From NCBI GenBank assembly GCA_905178155.1, contig CAJINV010000013.1, positions 486,344 to 550,343 on the forward strand: a stretch of 64,000 nucleotides of DNA, read 5' to 3'. The DNA is from Amoebophrya sp. A120. Lineage: Eukaryota > Protista > Dinoflagellata. Shown here in pieces: positions 62,046-64,000 of this stretch. Position 1 is the first letter of the stretch, and every line of letters starts with the position of its first letter. The translations under genes and the position numbers were made by a program. Under the pieces are notes generated by a model. It saw nothing but the letters and a program-made list of their open reading frames with translations. It did no database searches and was not told the DNA's origin.

Positions 62046-62841
62046 GATGAAGAATCAGATGAAGGTCATCTTGTTCGTTGTAGAGGAAGCTACGTACGAG
62101 GAAACGGCTCTTCTTTATTGGAACTTCGTCGACCACCGGCTCCCGGCTCAATTGCAATTGCAGTTCGGTTTTATGTTGTTCTTTCGATGAAAATCAGAAT
62201 CGAAGTGGATCTTTCACATCACTTTTTTGCTTATAGTATTCACACCTTTGTTACTGCTGACGCGGAGCTCCTTCATTTTGGAATCTTAAGAAAAGTACTT
62301 GACTCGTCTACCCTTGTTACCATATTAATCCCCCTTTAAAATTTTGATTCTTGGTGGTGCTCCCCCCGGCACAGACAAAAATGGTTTCAATCAATAGAAA
62401 TATCACAAACTAGAGCACTCTATATATATACGTCCTTTGTTCCTAGAAGCGTTTCAGTTCGAGATAAAAATTGGTTTATACAGTAGAAGCGCGACCTACT
62501 TAGCGAATCACAACCCGAAGAAGTGTTCCGCGAAGTGATTTGCCCTGATACATGACTACTGCCTGGGGACATGCATCAACCAGCCTGCTCGTAGTAGGTT
62601 CAAGACTCGGAATTTTTGGCCCCGTCGTGGTGTGAAAAAAGAAAAGCATCGTATAGATCTATGATCGGACTCGGTGCGGTAAACAATAAAAAAAAAACTT
62701 GACATAAAGGCTCCGTTGCTCCTTTTTATGTCACAACGTTAGAAGACTTTCAGTCGGAACACGAGGAGATCCAGAAGCAGATCTGAATTGTGCAGTGAGA
62801 GACACGGGCCTTGTCACAAAAATTCTGCAAATAAGATCAAG

Positions 62842-64000
62842 ATGCCCCGAAGCCGGGACCAAGATCATGGCCAGCACCGGAGGAAAAACGACAAACATTC
62901 TTCGAAACCGACCGATCAGCTGCTGCCGGACGATGTTTCTGGCCGGGATCCGTCTGCCTCGGAGAATGAGGAGGCGGTGTCGTTTTCTTTAGAAAACCTC
63001 AGAGGACCCCACCGGAACAAGCACGCGCAACCCGCCGCGGGGGCGGATTTGCCAGCGCCGAAGCAAGTCCGGTGTTGTCCGACGGACATTATTTGTTGTT
63101 TCGTGTTCCTCGCTTACGTCACGGTTTTGTTCGGGACTAGTATCTATCTTTTCGTCAATTCTTCAATAAACCAACCTCGCGACCTGGATGGCAACCCGTG
63201 CAAGATCCCGGGGGAAATCCTCTGGAACCGCTACTGCATTCCGGTATGCATTGCAAATATGTCTGGGTCTGGAAGGATGCGAACTTGTGATGCGCATTTC
63301 GCAACACGCACAAATCTCTCATGCAGAGGCAGCAAAAACAGCCACTTCCTGTCACCAAAATGGGTTACTTGTCATGCGGATTAGGCAAGCCGGAAGCTTC
63401 TCGAAATCTGTCATGCTAGGGCTTTCATGACAGATGTTCTGTGTCATGCAAAAACAGCATGACAAAAATCTGCATTCTTCCAGACCCAGACATTTTTGCA
63501 GTTGATATCCGGACCCGACACACAAAATAAAGCCCACGAACTACAAACGAGGACCTCTGCTCCCAGCCGTAACAGAACCAGAGGTGGACGATGACGACAC
63601 CAGCGCGACGAGCAACAGCGGTGATAAAGTCATCGAGAAGTGCCCCCGGTGGCACCCCGGGCCCGCGATGCAGACCCAGCAGGTGCAGCGGCGGAAGAAG
63701 GACAAGCGGACGGGGAAGCTGGTCGACTTGCCCAAGCGGTGGCTGCCGGTGGACTTCGCGTCGCGGTACGTGCCGACGCTGAATCGGTGTGTGCGGTACA
63801 AGGTTCAAAGCACCAAGTACTGCATGCCCAGGGACACCATGTGCTTTGGACTCACTACGAAAGCGAGAAACAACGCGGCCATGCGAACCGCGATGCAATT
63901 GCTGTTGAGCGACACAATTGTACGAAAAGCAGTAGAACATACTGACCACGAAAATCGTCGTGAAAACAACGACCACGACCAAGGCTTCCTCCGGCTGCAG
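62842..64000 (+). CDS. Choline transporter-like (CTL/SLC44) protein N-terminus, truncated by the window end
   Basis: RCCPTDIICCFVFLAY TM1 and PRDLDGNPC resemble the CTL N-terminus. The frame continues after the introner (DPTHKIKP...YVPTLNRCV). Confidence 0.65.
63245..63507. mobile_element. Introner family A copy (opposite orientation to the villin copies)
   Basis: TATGCATTGCAAATATGTCTGGGTCTGGAAG / CTTCCAGACCCAGACATTTTTGCAGTTGATA; perfect direct repeat TCCGG. Confidence 0.95.

Noticed and set aside
31780-63500. Recurring peptides such as PDPDIF / MSGSGR / FQTQTFLH in the ORF track
   Set aside because: These are translations of the family A TIR, not a protein motif.

Overview
This is eukaryotic, gene-dense DNA in which all ~12 supportable genes lie on the + strand. 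The architecture is most consistent with a Syndiniales dinoflagellate (Amoebophrya-like); that is an inference from gene layout and intron type, not a database hit. Genes: class-3 lipase (5' truncated), RING-finger protein, a ~2,760-aa CLC chloride channel, two multi-domain glycosyltransferase loci built from shuffled duplicated modules, a villin/gelsolin, a lipid-anchor-motif two-domain phosphagen kinase, an Hv1 voltage-gated proton channel, a choline-transporter-like gene (3' truncated) and several unknowns. The main hidden system is a set of ~13-15 short (130-310 bp) insertions that interrupt conserved reading frames. They begin TAT, end ATA, usually carry terminal inverted repeats and are flanked by a 5-bp direct repeat. 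Removing the element plus one repeat restores the protein exactly, yet this removal gives no GT-AG boundaries. They behave as MITE-like transposons acting as non-canonical introns (introners), in several unrelated families and both orientations. Villin intron space also holds a ~1-kb tandem array of hairpins that pair a perfect 5' splice-site motif with a U1-5'-end-like sequence, flanked by a duplicated acceptor/exon start. All exon-intron models were assembled by eye and need RNA-seq confirmation.
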